Below are positions 35,876 to 45,714 of a stretch of 64,000 nucleotides of DNA, one piece after another. This DNA is from Candidatus Poseidoniales archaeon (GTDB lineage Archaea > Thermoplasmatota > Poseidoniia > Poseidoniales > Thalassarchaeaceae): the NCBI GenBank assembly GCA_003602515.1, contig QQSB01000003.1, forward strand, positions 15,388 through 79,387, read 5' to 3'. Within the stretch, counting starts at the first letter, position 1, and each line of letters begins with the position of its first letter. A model generated the notes under the pieces. That model saw nothing but the letters and a program-made list of their open reading frames with translations. It was not told where the DNA came from and did not search any database. The position numbers and the translations under genes are program-made.

Positions 35876-36748
35876 ATGCACCCACTTTCGAATGTGATCC
35901 TCGCTATCTCAGCAACAATGCTGTTCGTCGGGACATTATTCATGGGGACGGGAACTCCAGTGCCACTATTTGACTCCCAAGAAGAGGCCGAGGTGGAATT
36001 CGTTTTTTCTGGACTGAACACCAATCTAACCTTCGAACAGAATGAACCAAAAATCAACAATGGATGGGCAATATACTCTTTCGGACAATACTTGGACGAT
36101 GATGGCGATGGGAACTGGGATGATTGTGGAATAGTACAGATCTCGCTACTCAACGAATCAGGAGTGAGCTACTTCTACCCCCAATGCGGAAACTCCACCC
36201 AGAGGGAAGATGTCCCAGACATGATTTACGTCGGACAACTATGCTACAACCCAGCCGACGAATCTTCATCTAGGTGCACCGATGGAAATTACACCTTTGA
36301 GTCAAATGTATACGTCAAACTTTCCCAGGAGTTCGAGGAAAATTCCGATAGGTCCATCCTTTCTGGAATTATTGACTGGTTTTCTGAAGGCTTGTCCACT
36401 GGCAGGACACTTCTTTGTAGCTCCATCCCCTTGCTTTTACTCGGCCTCATCTCTGCTCTACTCCTTTCCGATGAGGAAGATGAGGCTCCGAAAAAGAAGA
36501 GAGGCGGACCGACCGCTGAATGGCGTGCTTACTCCCTTTCTGGACAGGAGAGGGGTGGAGATGGCCTCCCGAAGGCATTCAGCAGACACTCCGAGAAGAA
36601 GGACATCTACAGGAAGCCCAGAAAGGGGAACGTCAGAGGGGGCGTTCACAAGTCTGGGGGACTCTTCCTTGATGGGTGGACCGATGCAGATTCCGATGCT
36701 GCATACAAGAAAAAGGTCGAGGATCGCCGTAACAGGGATGGCTCATAG
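35876..36748 (+). CDS. Hypothetical secreted/membrane-anchored protein
   Basis: The start MHPLSNVILAISATMLFVGTLFMG acts as a signal/anchor. It is followed by a Cys-containing extracytoplasmic domain, a TM (LLCSSIPLLLLGLISALLL) and a basic tail. Confidence 0.55.
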   Translation: MHPLSNVILAISATMLFVGTLFMGTGTPVPLFDSQEEAEVEFVFSGLNTNLTFEQNEPKINNGWAIYSFGQYLDDDGDGNWDDCGIVQISLLNESGVSYFYPQCGNSTQREDVPDMIYVGQLCYNPADESSSRCTDGNYTFESNVYVKLSQEFEENSDRSILSGIIDWFSEGLSTGRTLLCSSIPLLLLGLISALLLSDEEDEAPKKKRGGPTAEWRAYSLSGQERGGDGLPKAFSRHSEKKDIYRKPRKGNVRGGVHKSGGLFLDGWTDADSDAAYKKKVEDRRNRDGS

Positions 36749-36898
36749 AAAGAGCGGCATCATCATCAGAAATATCCCTATCACCACCATGGCAACCAGT
36801 GCTCGACGCAGATACGTGAAAATTGAGTCTAGAACCATCCCACTGTACGGGGTACGACCCTTGCCGACGTATATTCGGAGAGGCTCATCCTCTTCCAC

Positions 36899-37675
36899 CT
36901 AATCGCCCCTGTATGCAGAATTCAGCTTGAAAACTGGAATCGGGACCATCTTGTGAGAGTTGGACTCGTGCAAATCGATGTACAGGTCAATTACTTCTCG
37001 TTCTCGATCAGACATTTCCGAATTCGAGGGTTTTTCTAACTCCTTCATGGCCCACTCTAACTCGTCGTAGGAAGCGCCTATTTGCTCTTCATCAGTCCTC
37101 CCATCATCCCACAGACCGTCAGTCGGGGCTGCATCCAGGATTTCCTGGATAATCCCCAATTCGTTTCCAATTGCAAAAACCTCCGATTTGTACAGGTCTG
37201 CTATGGGGGAGATGTCCACGCCCCCGTCCCCATATTTTGTGAAGAAGCCTACACCGAAGTCCTCAACCTTGTTCCCTGTCCCGACAACTATGCCATTGTT
37301 TGAGCCAGCAATTGCATACAAGGTTGTCATTCGCAACCTCGCTCTGGAGTTTGCCAGTGACAAATCGGTCAATACTCCCATCTCAGCGCGAAACTCGTCG
37401 TAAGTCGAAGACAGGTCCAGAACCTCCCCGCTGACATTTTCCCACTCTGCCTTCAGCCATTCGATATGGCGACTCGACAGATCAAATTGCGATTCGTCTT
37501 GATGGATTGGCATGTTAAGAACAACTGTGTCAATTCCAGTCATCGCCGAAAGAGTAGACGTAACCGCGGAGTCGATACCCCCGGAAACTCCGACAACTAG
37601 GGTCTGTATGCCATTCCTTTTTGCATAATCCCCAATCCACTCGGATATTTCCTCAGATACATTTCTCCAATTCAT
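36899..37675 (-). CDS. nadE: NH3-dependent NAD+ synthetase
   Basis: PP-loop VVGVSGGIDSAV, GTGNKVEDFGVGFFTKYGDGG and LYKSEV motifs. Confidence 0.9.
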   Translation of the reverse strand: MNWRNVSEEISEWIGDYAKRNGIQTLVVGVSGGIDSAVTSTLSAMTGIDTVVLNMPIHQDESQFDLSSRHIEWLKAEWENVSGEVLDLSSTYDEFRAEMGVLTDLSLANSRARLRMTTLYAIAGSNNGIVVGTGNKVEDFGVGFFTKYGDGGVDISPIADLYKSEVFAIGNELGIIQEILDAAPTDGLWDDGRTDEEQIGASYDELEWAMKELEKPSNSEMSDREREVIDLYIDLHESNSHKMVPIPVFKLNSAYRGD

Positions 37676-37684
37676 ATAGAAACC

Positions 37685-38350
37685 TCAGTGACAAGCCACC
37701 CCGTACTTCTTCAGCCGCCAGTAGTTGTAAGGCCACGGGGTCAGGAATCCAGCGATTAGCATAGGCGCAATAACCCACCAAGTAAGCTTAGCACCACCAG
37801 TTAGAACCAGATCGACTATATTCATTGCAGCCTCCATGGATAACATCGAGATTAGCGACATCCCTATGGCAACTCGAAATGCCTCGTAAAGCGGCATCTG
37901 ACTTAGGAGAATGAATGTCTCAAGGGCAATAGAAGTCATAATTCCATTGAACATTGCCAGGGCCATTATCATCATCGCACTCCAACCAGTTTCTGTGAAC
38001 ACGAATTGGAAAGCGGCAATAGTTCCGAAGTCTCCGATACTACACCCAATTAGGCACCATTTTGTATTGTTAGCCGACTGCCTCCAGACCGCCCTGTCTC
38101 TCCAATTGAACTCCTCTCCACGACCATCGACAGTGTAGCCCACTGAACGGATAGCATCACCTAACTCCTCGCTGGTTGCACCCTCGTGACTGACTTCTGC
38201 ACTCCCATCCTGGTGGCTAACTGCCGCTGTGATTACTCGAGGTAGATCCTCCAGGGCGCTCTTTACTCGATTCGAGCAACCATCGCAAGTCATCCCTCCG
38301 ACTTCTAGTCGGATTGTCTCTGCCATACTTCCAACTGGTGCATAGGACAT
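37685..38350 (-). CDS. Heavy-metal-associated (HMA) domain fused to a DUF4396-like membrane domain
   Basis: VGGMTCDGCSNRVKSAL (MxCxxC ferredoxin-like HMA), then the membrane part WCLIGCSIGDFGT... with about 4 TM segments. Confidence 0.75.
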   Translation of the reverse strand: MSYAPVGSMAETIRLEVGGMTCDGCSNRVKSALEDLPRVITAAVSHQDGSAEVSHEGATSEELGDAIRSVGYTVDGRGEEFNWRDRAVWRQSANNTKWCLIGCSIGDFGTIAAFQFVFTETGWSAMMIMALAMFNGIMTSIALETFILLSQMPLYEAFRVAIGMSLISMLSMEAAMNIVDLVLTGGAKLTWWVIAPMLIAGFLTPWPYNYWRLKKYGVACH

Positions 38351-38429
38351 TTGAAGTCTTGCAATTTACAGTCAAACTGTTCTCACTAGCCCCCTCAAGT
38401 TCAAGACGAACTCCTAGGTCGCTTGGCCG

Positions 38430-41400
38430 ATGAGCGTACCCGTTTCCCCCGGCGAACTCGACCCGGTGGCACTTGAGAACTCCTTGATGGGAATCTGGCA
38501 AGATGAGGGTACCTTTTCCAAATCCATAGATTCTAGGAGGGAACTAAACTCCCCTTTCACCTTCTTGGAAGGTCCCCCAACGGCGAACGGCAGACCAGGG
38601 ATTCACCATGTCTTGTCCCGGCTGTTCAAGGACATGGTATGCAGGTGGAAGTCGATGGAGGGGCATGTAGTAGAGAGAAAGGGAGGTTGGGACACGCACG
38701 GACTCCCCGTCGAAATAGAGGTACAGAAGCAGTTGGATCTGATGTCTAACGAAGCCATCGAGGAATTTGGAATGGAGGCTTTCAATCAGAAGTGCAAGGA
38801 GAGTGTCTGGACTTACGAGGAGGCATGGAGGGAGATGACCGAGAGAATGGGCTTTTGGGTGGATATGGAGGACCCATACGTCACCCTGCAAGACGACTAC
38901 ATTGAGTCAGCTTGGTGGTCACTTAAGCAGATGTTCGAGAAGGGCCTCCTATTTCGGGGCCACAAGGTCCTCCCATACTGTCCCCAAACAGGTACTAGTT
39001 ACTCAACTCACGAAGTCTCTCAGGGATACAAGGAGGTTTCCGAGCCAGCAGTATTCGTGAAATTCAAACTTGAGGATGACGAAGCTTCCGTCCTGGCATG
39101 GACCACCACTCCCTGGACCCTTCCCGGAAATGTTGGGTTGGCTGTCGGGCCCGAGGTTACATACTGCAGAGTCAGAGTCACGGAACCCCCGTCTGAATCA
39201 TGGGAAGGCAGAGGTGGAGCAGAGGTTGGTGAGGAGCTAATCCTAGCCAAAGAACTGATCGGGAGCGTACTTAGGAATCATGCGGATATCATCGATGAAT
39301 TCCAGGGTTCTGAGTTAGTTGGTAGGGCCTATAATCCACTATTTCCCGGCGCAATCGAAAGGGGCGATTCCAAGACAGCGTGGACGATCGTTGCTGCGGA
39401 TTTCGTCACAACCACAGATGGAACTGGGGTAGTTCACACCGCAGTGATGTATGGTGAGGACGACTACAGGCTCGGGATGGATGTCGGATTCCCTGCACAG
39501 CACACCGTCGGAATGGACGGTGCCTTCGTCAAGGGCGTTCATGAGCTCCTAGATGGTCGCTACGTCAAGGAGTGCGATGATCAGATAATCGCCCTCCTCG
39601 AATCCCAAGGACTTCTTTACAGGGAGCATGAGTACACTCACGACTACCCACACTGCTGGAGGACCGACCATCCCCTTCTGTACTACGCAATGGACAGTTG
39701 GTTCGTCCGGATGACTGCGGTCAGGGACCAGATACTCTCTCACAATGCGAGTGTTGAGTGGGCTCCAGAGTGGACAGGCACTAAGAGGATGGGCGAATGG
39801 CTATCCAACATCAAGGACTGGGCAATTAGCAGAGAGCGCTATTGGGGTACTCCAATTCCCGTCTGGATTTGCCCAGATTGTGGAATCGAGCACTGCGTCG
39901 GAAGCATCGAGGAGATGTCCTCGATGAAGACAGATTCCTCCCCAAACCCTCCCGAGTTGCACAGACCATATGTCGATGATGTCAAGCTGTCATGCCCATC
40001 GGACGGATGCTCTGGAGAGATGGTTAGGGAGCCCTATGTCATGGACTGCTGGTTCGACTCCGGCTGTGCTTCGTTCGCCCAGTGGCACTACCCGTTCGAA
40101 AATGAGGATCTCTTCTCTGGCTCCTTCCCAGTCGACTACATCTGCGAGGCGGTCGATCAGACTAGGGGTTGGTTCTACTCTCTGCTAGCCGTCGCTACTA
40201 CGGTGTTTGACGAGCCTTGCTTCAGAAGTTGCCTTTCACTAGGACATATTCTCGATAAGGATGGGAAGAAAATGAGTAAGTCCAGGGGGAACGTCGTCAA
40301 TCCTTGGGATCACTTCAGCAAGGAGGGAGCGGACTCAATAAGGTGGTACATGACCACTCAAAGCGCCCCTTGGTCACCTACTAATTTTGATCCAAACGGT
40401 GTTCGGGAGTCCTATGCTAAGATGTTCCTGACCCTATGGAACGTCTATCGATTCCATGCCGATTACGCAGCACTAGATGGCTTCGACCCAGAAGAAGAAT
40501 CTGGAATGGTTAGCCCTTCTGACAGAAGCCCACTTGATAGGTGGATACTTTCCAAGGCAACAGAAATGGCCGAAGAATTCCATCAGAACTTCGTATCTTG
40601 GGACTTTCACAAGGCTGGCAGGATTTTGGAGGACTACGTAGTCAACGATCTCTCAAACTGGTATGTAAGGAGGTCTAGGAGGAGGCTATGGGAAGAGTCG
40701 GACAGCAATGACAAGAGGGCCTGCCAGCATACCCTGCACGAAGTTCTGCTGATAGTATGCAGGCTGATGGCACCGATATCCCCCTTCATGCCTGATCAGA
40801 TATACAGAGGGCTAACCGGGGACTCGGTCCATCTGGCAGATTGGCCCACTGGCTCGGAACTCGTGGATAGATCCCTTCCGGACCGTGACTTTGGAATCGA
40901 GCAGGAGATGTCACTCGTTCGATCCTTGGCAGAGGCCGGTAGGAGGATCCGTGTAGAATCCAACAGGAGGCAACGACTCCCATGCCAAACAGGGTGGATC
41001 GTTGGCGGTCCAGACATCTCAAGATTCAACGACATATTGGCCGAGGAACTCAATGTTGAGGTCCTGACCACTGAGTCCGATCTAGATGCATTCCAGAAGG
41101 TAGTTTTAGAGCCAAATAGAAAGGTTCTGGGGGCAAAGTGCCGCTCAGACCTCCCTTCCGTCCTAGCCCAGTTGGATTTGACCAGTCCGGAGGAGCTCTT
41201 GCTCGAGATCGAGGCGGGAATAGCGGCACTAGGAGGTTATGAGATTACGATGGATGACATCGAGATCAGAAGGGTCGAGAAAGAAGGATTCGCCGCGAAG
41301 ACCCTTTCATTCGAAGAGGGAGACGTTTCTATCGTCCTCGACATGCACACAGATTCGAAACTCCTTTCCAAGGGCATGGCTAGGGACATTACACGCAGAA

Positions 41401-41612
41401 TCCAAGCCAAGCGCAAGGAAATGGACCTCCAAGTCGAGTCTTCGATCAACCTGTCGGTATGGGTGGAAGGAATGGTTCTGGAGGATAGTGACTGGGAGCA
41501 TGTAGTAACTGAGACTAGGGCAGGCGAGAACTCCCTGAACGATGGACAACCATCCAGTGCCGCAGACGTCTTCGAGGTCGATGGGACAAAAGTGTCATTC
41601 GAGATTCAGTAA
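38430..41612 (+). CDS. ileS: Isoleucyl-tRNA synthetase
   Basis: Class I motifs PTANGRPGIHHVLS (HIGH) and KMSKSRGN, an editing-domain WTTTPWTLPGN, and typical length (1060 aa). Confidence 0.95.
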   Translation: MSVPVSPGELDPVALENSLMGIWQDEGTFSKSIDSRRELNSPFTFLEGPPTANGRPGIHHVLSRLFKDMVCRWKSMEGHVVERKGGWDTHGLPVEIEVQKQLDLMSNEAIEEFGMEAFNQKCKESVWTYEEAWREMTERMGFWVDMEDPYVTLQDDYIESAWWSLKQMFEKGLLFRGHKVLPYCPQTGTSYSTHEVSQGYKEVSEPAVFVKFKLEDDEASVLAWTTTPWTLPGNVGLAVGPEVTYCRVRVTEPPSESWEGRGGAEVGEELILAKELIGSVLRNHADIIDEFQGSELVGRAYNPLFPGAIERGDSKTAWTIVAADFVTTTDGTGVVHTAVMYGEDDYRLGMDVGFPAQHTVGMDGAFVKGVHELLDGRYVKECDDQIIALLESQGLLYREHEYTHDYPHCWRTDHPLLYYAMDSWFVRMTAVRDQILSHNASVEWAPEWTGTKRMGEWLSNIKDWAISRERYWGTPIPVWICPDCGIEHCVGSIEEMSSMKTDSSPNPPELHRPYVDDVKLSCPSDGCSGEMVREPYVMDCWFDSGCASFAQWHYPFENEDLFSGSFPVDYICEAVDQTRGWFYSLLAVATTVFDEPCFRSCLSLGHILDKDGKKMSKSRGNVVNPWDHFSKEGADSIRWYMTTQSAPWSPTNFDPNGVRESYAKMFLTLWNVYRFHADYAALDGFDPEEESGMVSPSDRSPLDRWILSKATEMAEEFHQNFVSWDFHKAGRILEDYVVNDLSNWYVRRSRRRLWEESDSNDKRACQHTLHEVLLIVCRLMAPISPFMPDQIYRGLTGDSVHLADWPTGSELVDRSLPDRDFGIEQEMSLVRSLAEAGRRIRVESNRRQRLPCQTGWIVGGPDISRFNDILAEELNVEVLTTESDLDAFQKVVLEPNRKVLGAKCRSDLPSVLAQLDLTSPEELLLEIEAGIAALGGYEITMDDIEIRRVEKEGFAAKTLSFEEGDVSIVLDMHTDSKLLSKGMARDITRRIQAKRKEMDLQVESSINLSVWVEGMVLEDSDWEHVVTETRAGENSLNDGQPSSAADVFEVDGTKVSFEIQ

Positions 41613-41613
41613 T

Positions 41614-43053
41614 CTAGATTGAGAACAATTGGTATGACTGCGGCAGCAGCATCTCAACCCCGAAAAGAGGGTCTGGATCAGTCGAATCATGGTAAGCGAT
41701 GAAAGAACCGCCATCCGGGAGAATCCCCATACTAGCGAAGTCGAATCTGATGTCATTCCCTGCTCCAGATGTTGAGTCAAGGTCGCCCTGACCCAGGTAT
41801 GTTAGCATGTCAGGCTCCAGGCTCTCCGAGAATCCTCGGACATGGTATGCTACATCGACATCTGGGCCATCCGCACTCTGGAATCTTATGTTTAGCACGA
41901 ATAGATCATGCACACCACTGGAGTGGAACTCCCACTCCTCGATTTCCGTAGCCTTCTCAGAAATATTGTAAGTCATGTTCTCCCATGTCTCCCCACCATC
42001 CCACGACATCATGTGCACCAGGGATGTCTGCCCTGCAGTGACGCAATGGAGGGCAGTAGAGGAGTCGAAAGAGCAGTACTGTGATGGTAGCGAGGAACCA
42101 TTCATGTTAACTCCAGTCCACCAATTAAGGGAAGTATCTAGATAGGCATCACTACCATCTAGGAAGTAACTTGGGAAATAGAGGCCTCCCGATGGGACTG
42201 GGAAAGCGCGCATCTCTTTGTGTGGCTTAGTGAAGTCCCACTCAGCCCCAAGACTTTCGGGATTAAGATCGACTTCCATCACATCTAGGCTTTCGTCCCT
42301 ATCAGGGAAACCGAAGTAGTCGTAGTTCAGACCATCGGTGGAAATCTGACCGCCGACGTTCTGAACCTGATGCCAGAAGTTGGAAATTACCAAGCTCGCC
42401 CAGGGCCCGTTCCCGTACAAACCCCCATTAATCGGGCCGACGACCTCAACCTGCCACGAACGGTCGTAGAATGGCTCCGGAGTCCTGTTGAAGCACCAAC
42501 TCCATTCTGCATCCTCGGAATCGTAGAAGAAGGCATAGAATTGATCTGCTCCACTGGTGCTGGGATATGGGAACCAACCCATGGAAATCAAGTCCCCGTT
42601 TGTCGCTTGTACTATACTGCCCTCTCCTAGGCCCTCTTGTCCAGGGACCGTCGGCTTCGGCTCCATACAGCCTATCTGTGAGAAAATTGAGGGACGATAC
42701 TCTTGCCAAGTAAGACCCCTGTCCTCTGACCATGTGGGATACTCTCCTCCGAAGTTTAGGATCCAACCTTCCTTTGTCGCTGCTAGATAGTGCTCACAAC
42801 AGTTCCCCCCGTGCTCGTTTCCGAATACCGTCCAAGTGGCATTTCCCCATGTCTGATTCTGTATCGGATCAGCTACTATGAAGTCCCTCGGATCTTCATG
42901 CCCCATTGGATCAATCAGGTAGAAATCGCTATCCCAATCCTCCCAGTCCTCGTATCCCCTAGCTTCGTCGATAATATCAAGACATCCCGGTAAAATGAAC
43001 ATCAATGACATAGCCAAGGAGGCCATCGAGCGTCTAGATGCCAATGTGAGCAT
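41614..43053 (-). CDS. BNR/Asp-box repeat lipoprotein (sialidase-like beta-propeller)
   Basis: Lipobox FILPGCLD. Asp-box motifs SEDRGLTW and SWDGGETW. Confidence 0.65.
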   Translation of the reverse strand: MLTLASRRSMASLAMSLMFILPGCLDIIDEARGYEDWEDWDSDFYLIDPMGHEDPRDFIVADPIQNQTWGNATWTVFGNEHGGNCCEHYLAATKEGWILNFGGEYPTWSEDRGLTWQEYRPSIFSQIGCMEPKPTVPGQEGLGEGSIVQATNGDLISMGWFPYPSTSGADQFYAFFYDSEDAEWSWCFNRTPEPFYDRSWQVEVVGPINGGLYGNGPWASLVISNFWHQVQNVGGQISTDGLNYDYFGFPDRDESLDVMEVDLNPESLGAEWDFTKPHKEMRAFPVPSGGLYFPSYFLDGSDAYLDTSLNWWTGVNMNGSSLPSQYCSFDSSTALHCVTAGQTSLVHMMSWDGGETWENMTYNISEKATEIEEWEFHSSGVHDLFVLNIRFQSADGPDVDVAYHVRGFSESLEPDMLTYLGQGDLDSTSGAGNDIRFDFASMGILPDGGSFIAYHDSTDPDPLFGVEMLLPQSYQLFSI

Positions 43054-43101
43054 GATTTGCCGTAATGGTCGTATTATATCGCACTTTCACAGAATTGATG
43101 C

Positions 43102-44535
43102 CTACTCAATCCTCCACGTAGCCCCATCCGGACCATCCTCGACGACTACTCCCATCTCTGACAACTCGTCCCTAATTTCGTCAGCCCGGGACCAATCCTT
43201 GGCGCTTCTTGCATCCTCCCTCTCACCCAGAAGAGACTCTACTTTGGAGGAGACTTCCACTTTCACGTTCTCATGGCTTTTCACTCTAGCTAGTACTTCC
43301 TCATCGGCCGGAAGTAATCCGAGAACATCTCCGGCGAATTCCGAAATCCATCCTACTGCTCCAGAGATTCCCCCCTCGTCCCCTCTCGAGCTGAGTAGCC
43401 CTCGTATCCACTTGGCCACCGCTTGAACCTCCACTAGTGCAACCCTGGTGTTGAAGTCATCATTCATCCCCTCTACTAGCCTCTTGGCCGCACCTTCAAG
43501 CTCCGGGATGCCACTCCAGTCCCCAGTGCCATGCTTTGACAAACCCTCGCCATAGCAGTCGATGAGGCGTTTGTGGTGATTCTCAGAGTCCTCAATCATG
43601 ATTTGATTAAAGTCCACTGGTTGCCGATAAGGTGCGTTAATCAGTGTATATCTCAACACTAGAGGGTCAACACGTTGCAAAGCATCAGATATTGTCCAGA
43701 AATTACCCAGAGACTTGCTCATCTTTTCCCCATCGATGTTTATCATTCCATTATGAATCCAATACTGGACTACTGGATCATGCCCTAGACAACACTCAGA
43801 TTGGAATATCTCCGCCTCGTGATGGGGGAAAATCAAGTCAGAACCACCTCCGTGGATATCGAATCTCTCTCCTAGATGCTTGAGAGACATCGCAGAGCAT
43901 TCAATGTGCCAACCAGGTCTCCCTTCACCCCACGGGCTTTCCCAGAACGGCTCATCCGGCTTGGCCATCTTCCATAGGGCGAAATCTCGATGATCCCTCT
44001 TTCCGGAACCGGTCTTATCCACCCTTCCACCGGCCCCTGATCTAACCATCTCGAGAGTCTGACCCGTCAACTGCCCGTACTTCTCTGGTGAAGTGTCAAT
44101 CTCGAAGTAAACGCCGTCATCTGCCAGGTATGCATGCCCCTTATCGATTAGCGTCTCTATCATCTCAATGATTTCCGGAATTGTCTCGGTAACTCTGGGA
44201 TAAGCATCCGCTCTAATCACGTTAAGTGAATCCATCGATTCAAAATAATCCGCTATATTCCTGTTAGCCACTTCCAGGAAATCTACGCCCTCCTCATTGG
44301 CAGCAGCAATAATCTTGTCATCCACATCCGTGAAGTTAGTGATGTAACTAACTTCGAAGCCACTCTTTCTGAGCCATCTCACAATTATATCGAAGGAAAT
44401 CGCCTGCCTAGCATGTCCAATGTGGCTCGGCGAGTAGGGGGTAATTCCACATGCGTAGAGGCTGACTTTGCCTTCCTCGATCGTCACTAGTTCTCTTTTT
44501 TTTCTAGAACGAGTGTCGAAAACCCTCACTGCCAC
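43102..44535 (-). CDS. cysS: Cysteinyl-tRNA synthetase
   Basis: [17 protein letters not shown] (HIGH), KMSKSLGN, and Zn ligands in WHIECS. Confidence 0.95.
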   Translation of the reverse strand: MAVRVFDTRSRKKRELVTIEEGKVSLYACGITPYSPSHIGHARQAISFDIIVRWLRKSGFEVSYITNFTDVDDKIIAAANEEGVDFLEVANRNIADYFESMDSLNVIRADAYPRVTETIPEIIEMIETLIDKGHAYLADDGVYFEIDTSPEKYGQLTGQTLEMVRSGAGGRVDKTGSGKRDHRDFALWKMAKPDEPFWESPWGEGRPGWHIECSAMSLKHLGERFDIHGGGSDLIFPHHEAEIFQSECCLGHDPVVQYWIHNGMINIDGEKMSKSLGNFWTISDALQRVDPLVLRYTLINAPYRQPVDFNQIMIEDSENHHKRLIDCYGEGLSKHGTGDWSGIPELEGAAKRLVEGMNDDFNTRVALVEVQAVAKWIRGLLSSRGDEGGISGAVGWISEFAGDVLGLLPADEEVLARVKSHENVKVEVSSKVESLLGEREDARSAKDWSRADEIRDELSEMGVVVEDGPDGATWRIE

Positions 44536-44561
44536 TACCTATTGACATGGCACTTTGAACA

Positions 44562-45251
44562 TCAACCTCTCGCTGCTTCGATAAGGCCAGAGAACAGTAA
44601 GTCATGTCCCTTACGTTCTGGGTGCCATTGGACCCCAATGCAGAACTTCTTGTCTCTCCTCTCAACCCCTTCTATGAGGCCATCATGCTCGGCTCTAGCA
44701 GAAATATCCAGACTTCCAGCATCAGAGACTCCTTGGTGGTGCAGTGAGTTAACAGTGAACGAATTCCCCATTAGGCTGGATAGATGGGTACCTTCCTCGG
44801 CAACAACTCCATGTTCTGTAGACTTACCAGCGAACCCGCCATGACCTTCGTGCCCCGGCGTAGTGTCAAGATGCTGGTGCATTTTCCCCCCATGAGAGAC
44901 ACTGAGGATTTGCATCCCTCTACAGATTCCTAGTAGCGGCATGTCCCTGTTTATTGCCTCCTTGATCAGGCCCATTTCGGAAAAATCCTGATCTGGGTAG
45001 AATTCTGTAGTCATAGGCCCGGGTTGTTCGCCATAGCTAGCTGGTGAGATGTCTGGACCCCCGGCCACAATAAGGCCGTCCATAGCATCCAGAAGCAAAG
45101 TCATGTCTCCAGCTGGTGGGATGATTAGGGGAACCCCTCCAGCCTTGCTGACCATTGTGATGTATGCAGATGGAAGGATTGCAGCGTCCCTTGTCCAATT
45201 GCCGTAGGTTGCCTCCCTAACGAAACAAGTAATGCCAATAACTGGCTTCAT
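44562..45251 (-). CDS. Gamma-glutamyl hydrolase-type class I amidotransferase (peptidase C26, PuuD-like)
   Basis: LLGICRGMQIL (Cys nucleophile), NSLHHQ and GVQWHPE motifs. Confidence 0.85.
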   Translation of the reverse strand: MKPVIGITCFVREATYGNWTRDAAILPSAYITMVSKAGGVPLIIPPAGDMTLLLDAMDGLIVAGGPDISPASYGEQPGPMTTEFYPDQDFSEMGLIKEAINRDMPLLGICRGMQILSVSHGGKMHQHLDTTPGHEGHGGFAGKSTEHGVVAEEGTHLSSLMGNSFTVNSLHHQGVSDAGSLDISARAEHDGLIEGVERRDKKFCIGVQWHPERKGHDLLFSGLIEAARG

Positions 45252-45658
45252 TCGACCACCGAGGACTCTCGAAGTAGGCGAGCGTGCTTGAATGACCTAA
45301 CTCCAATAATTATGAACGATACTCCCACTAGGAGAAGGAGAAGGTGCGAAATAATTGCCAACCACGACATTTCTCCAAATCCAGTTACTACTCTCGCCCC
45401 ACCAATTGCCATGAGTAGGGCCATCACCATGCACGCGTGCATGAAGTGGTGTCTATTGGGGGGATTACTCTCAGACAGTAAACCCAGTACTAGCATTGGT
45501 ATGCCCATGAATGCAGGAATCAGTGCAGTAATTGATCGGGGATCTGCGCTTTGGACGAAGTAAGCAATCACTCCCCATCCAGATAGAACCAATCCATTTA
45601 GTATTGCAATCCGAGGGACGCTAATCCCCAGCACTCTGAACTCTGCACTCATGGCCAA
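45248..45658 (-). CDS. Small membrane protein (4 TM)
   Basis: 136-aa hydrophobic ORF. Its stop overlaps the start of the downstream C26 gene by 4 nt. Confidence 0.55.
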   Translation of the reverse strand: MAMSAEFRVLGISVPRIAILNGLVLSGWGVIAYFVQSADPRSITALIPAFMGIPMLVLGLLSESNPPNRHHFMHACMVMALLMAIGGARVVTGFGEMSWLAIISHLLLLLVGVSFIIIGVRSFKHARLLRESSVVE

Positions 45659-45714
45659 TCCTAGAAGAAGAGACTAATGATTGTCACGCCCAGAGAGCCT
45701 GTACCCGCTCCCGC

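Noticed and set aside
36282-36902. 206-aa plus-strand ORF overlapping the 35876-36748 gene in another frame
   Set aside because: It has an Arg/Ser/Pro-rich composition and overlaps a better-supported ORF that has signal and TM features. It also runs through the convergent gap into the nadE stop.
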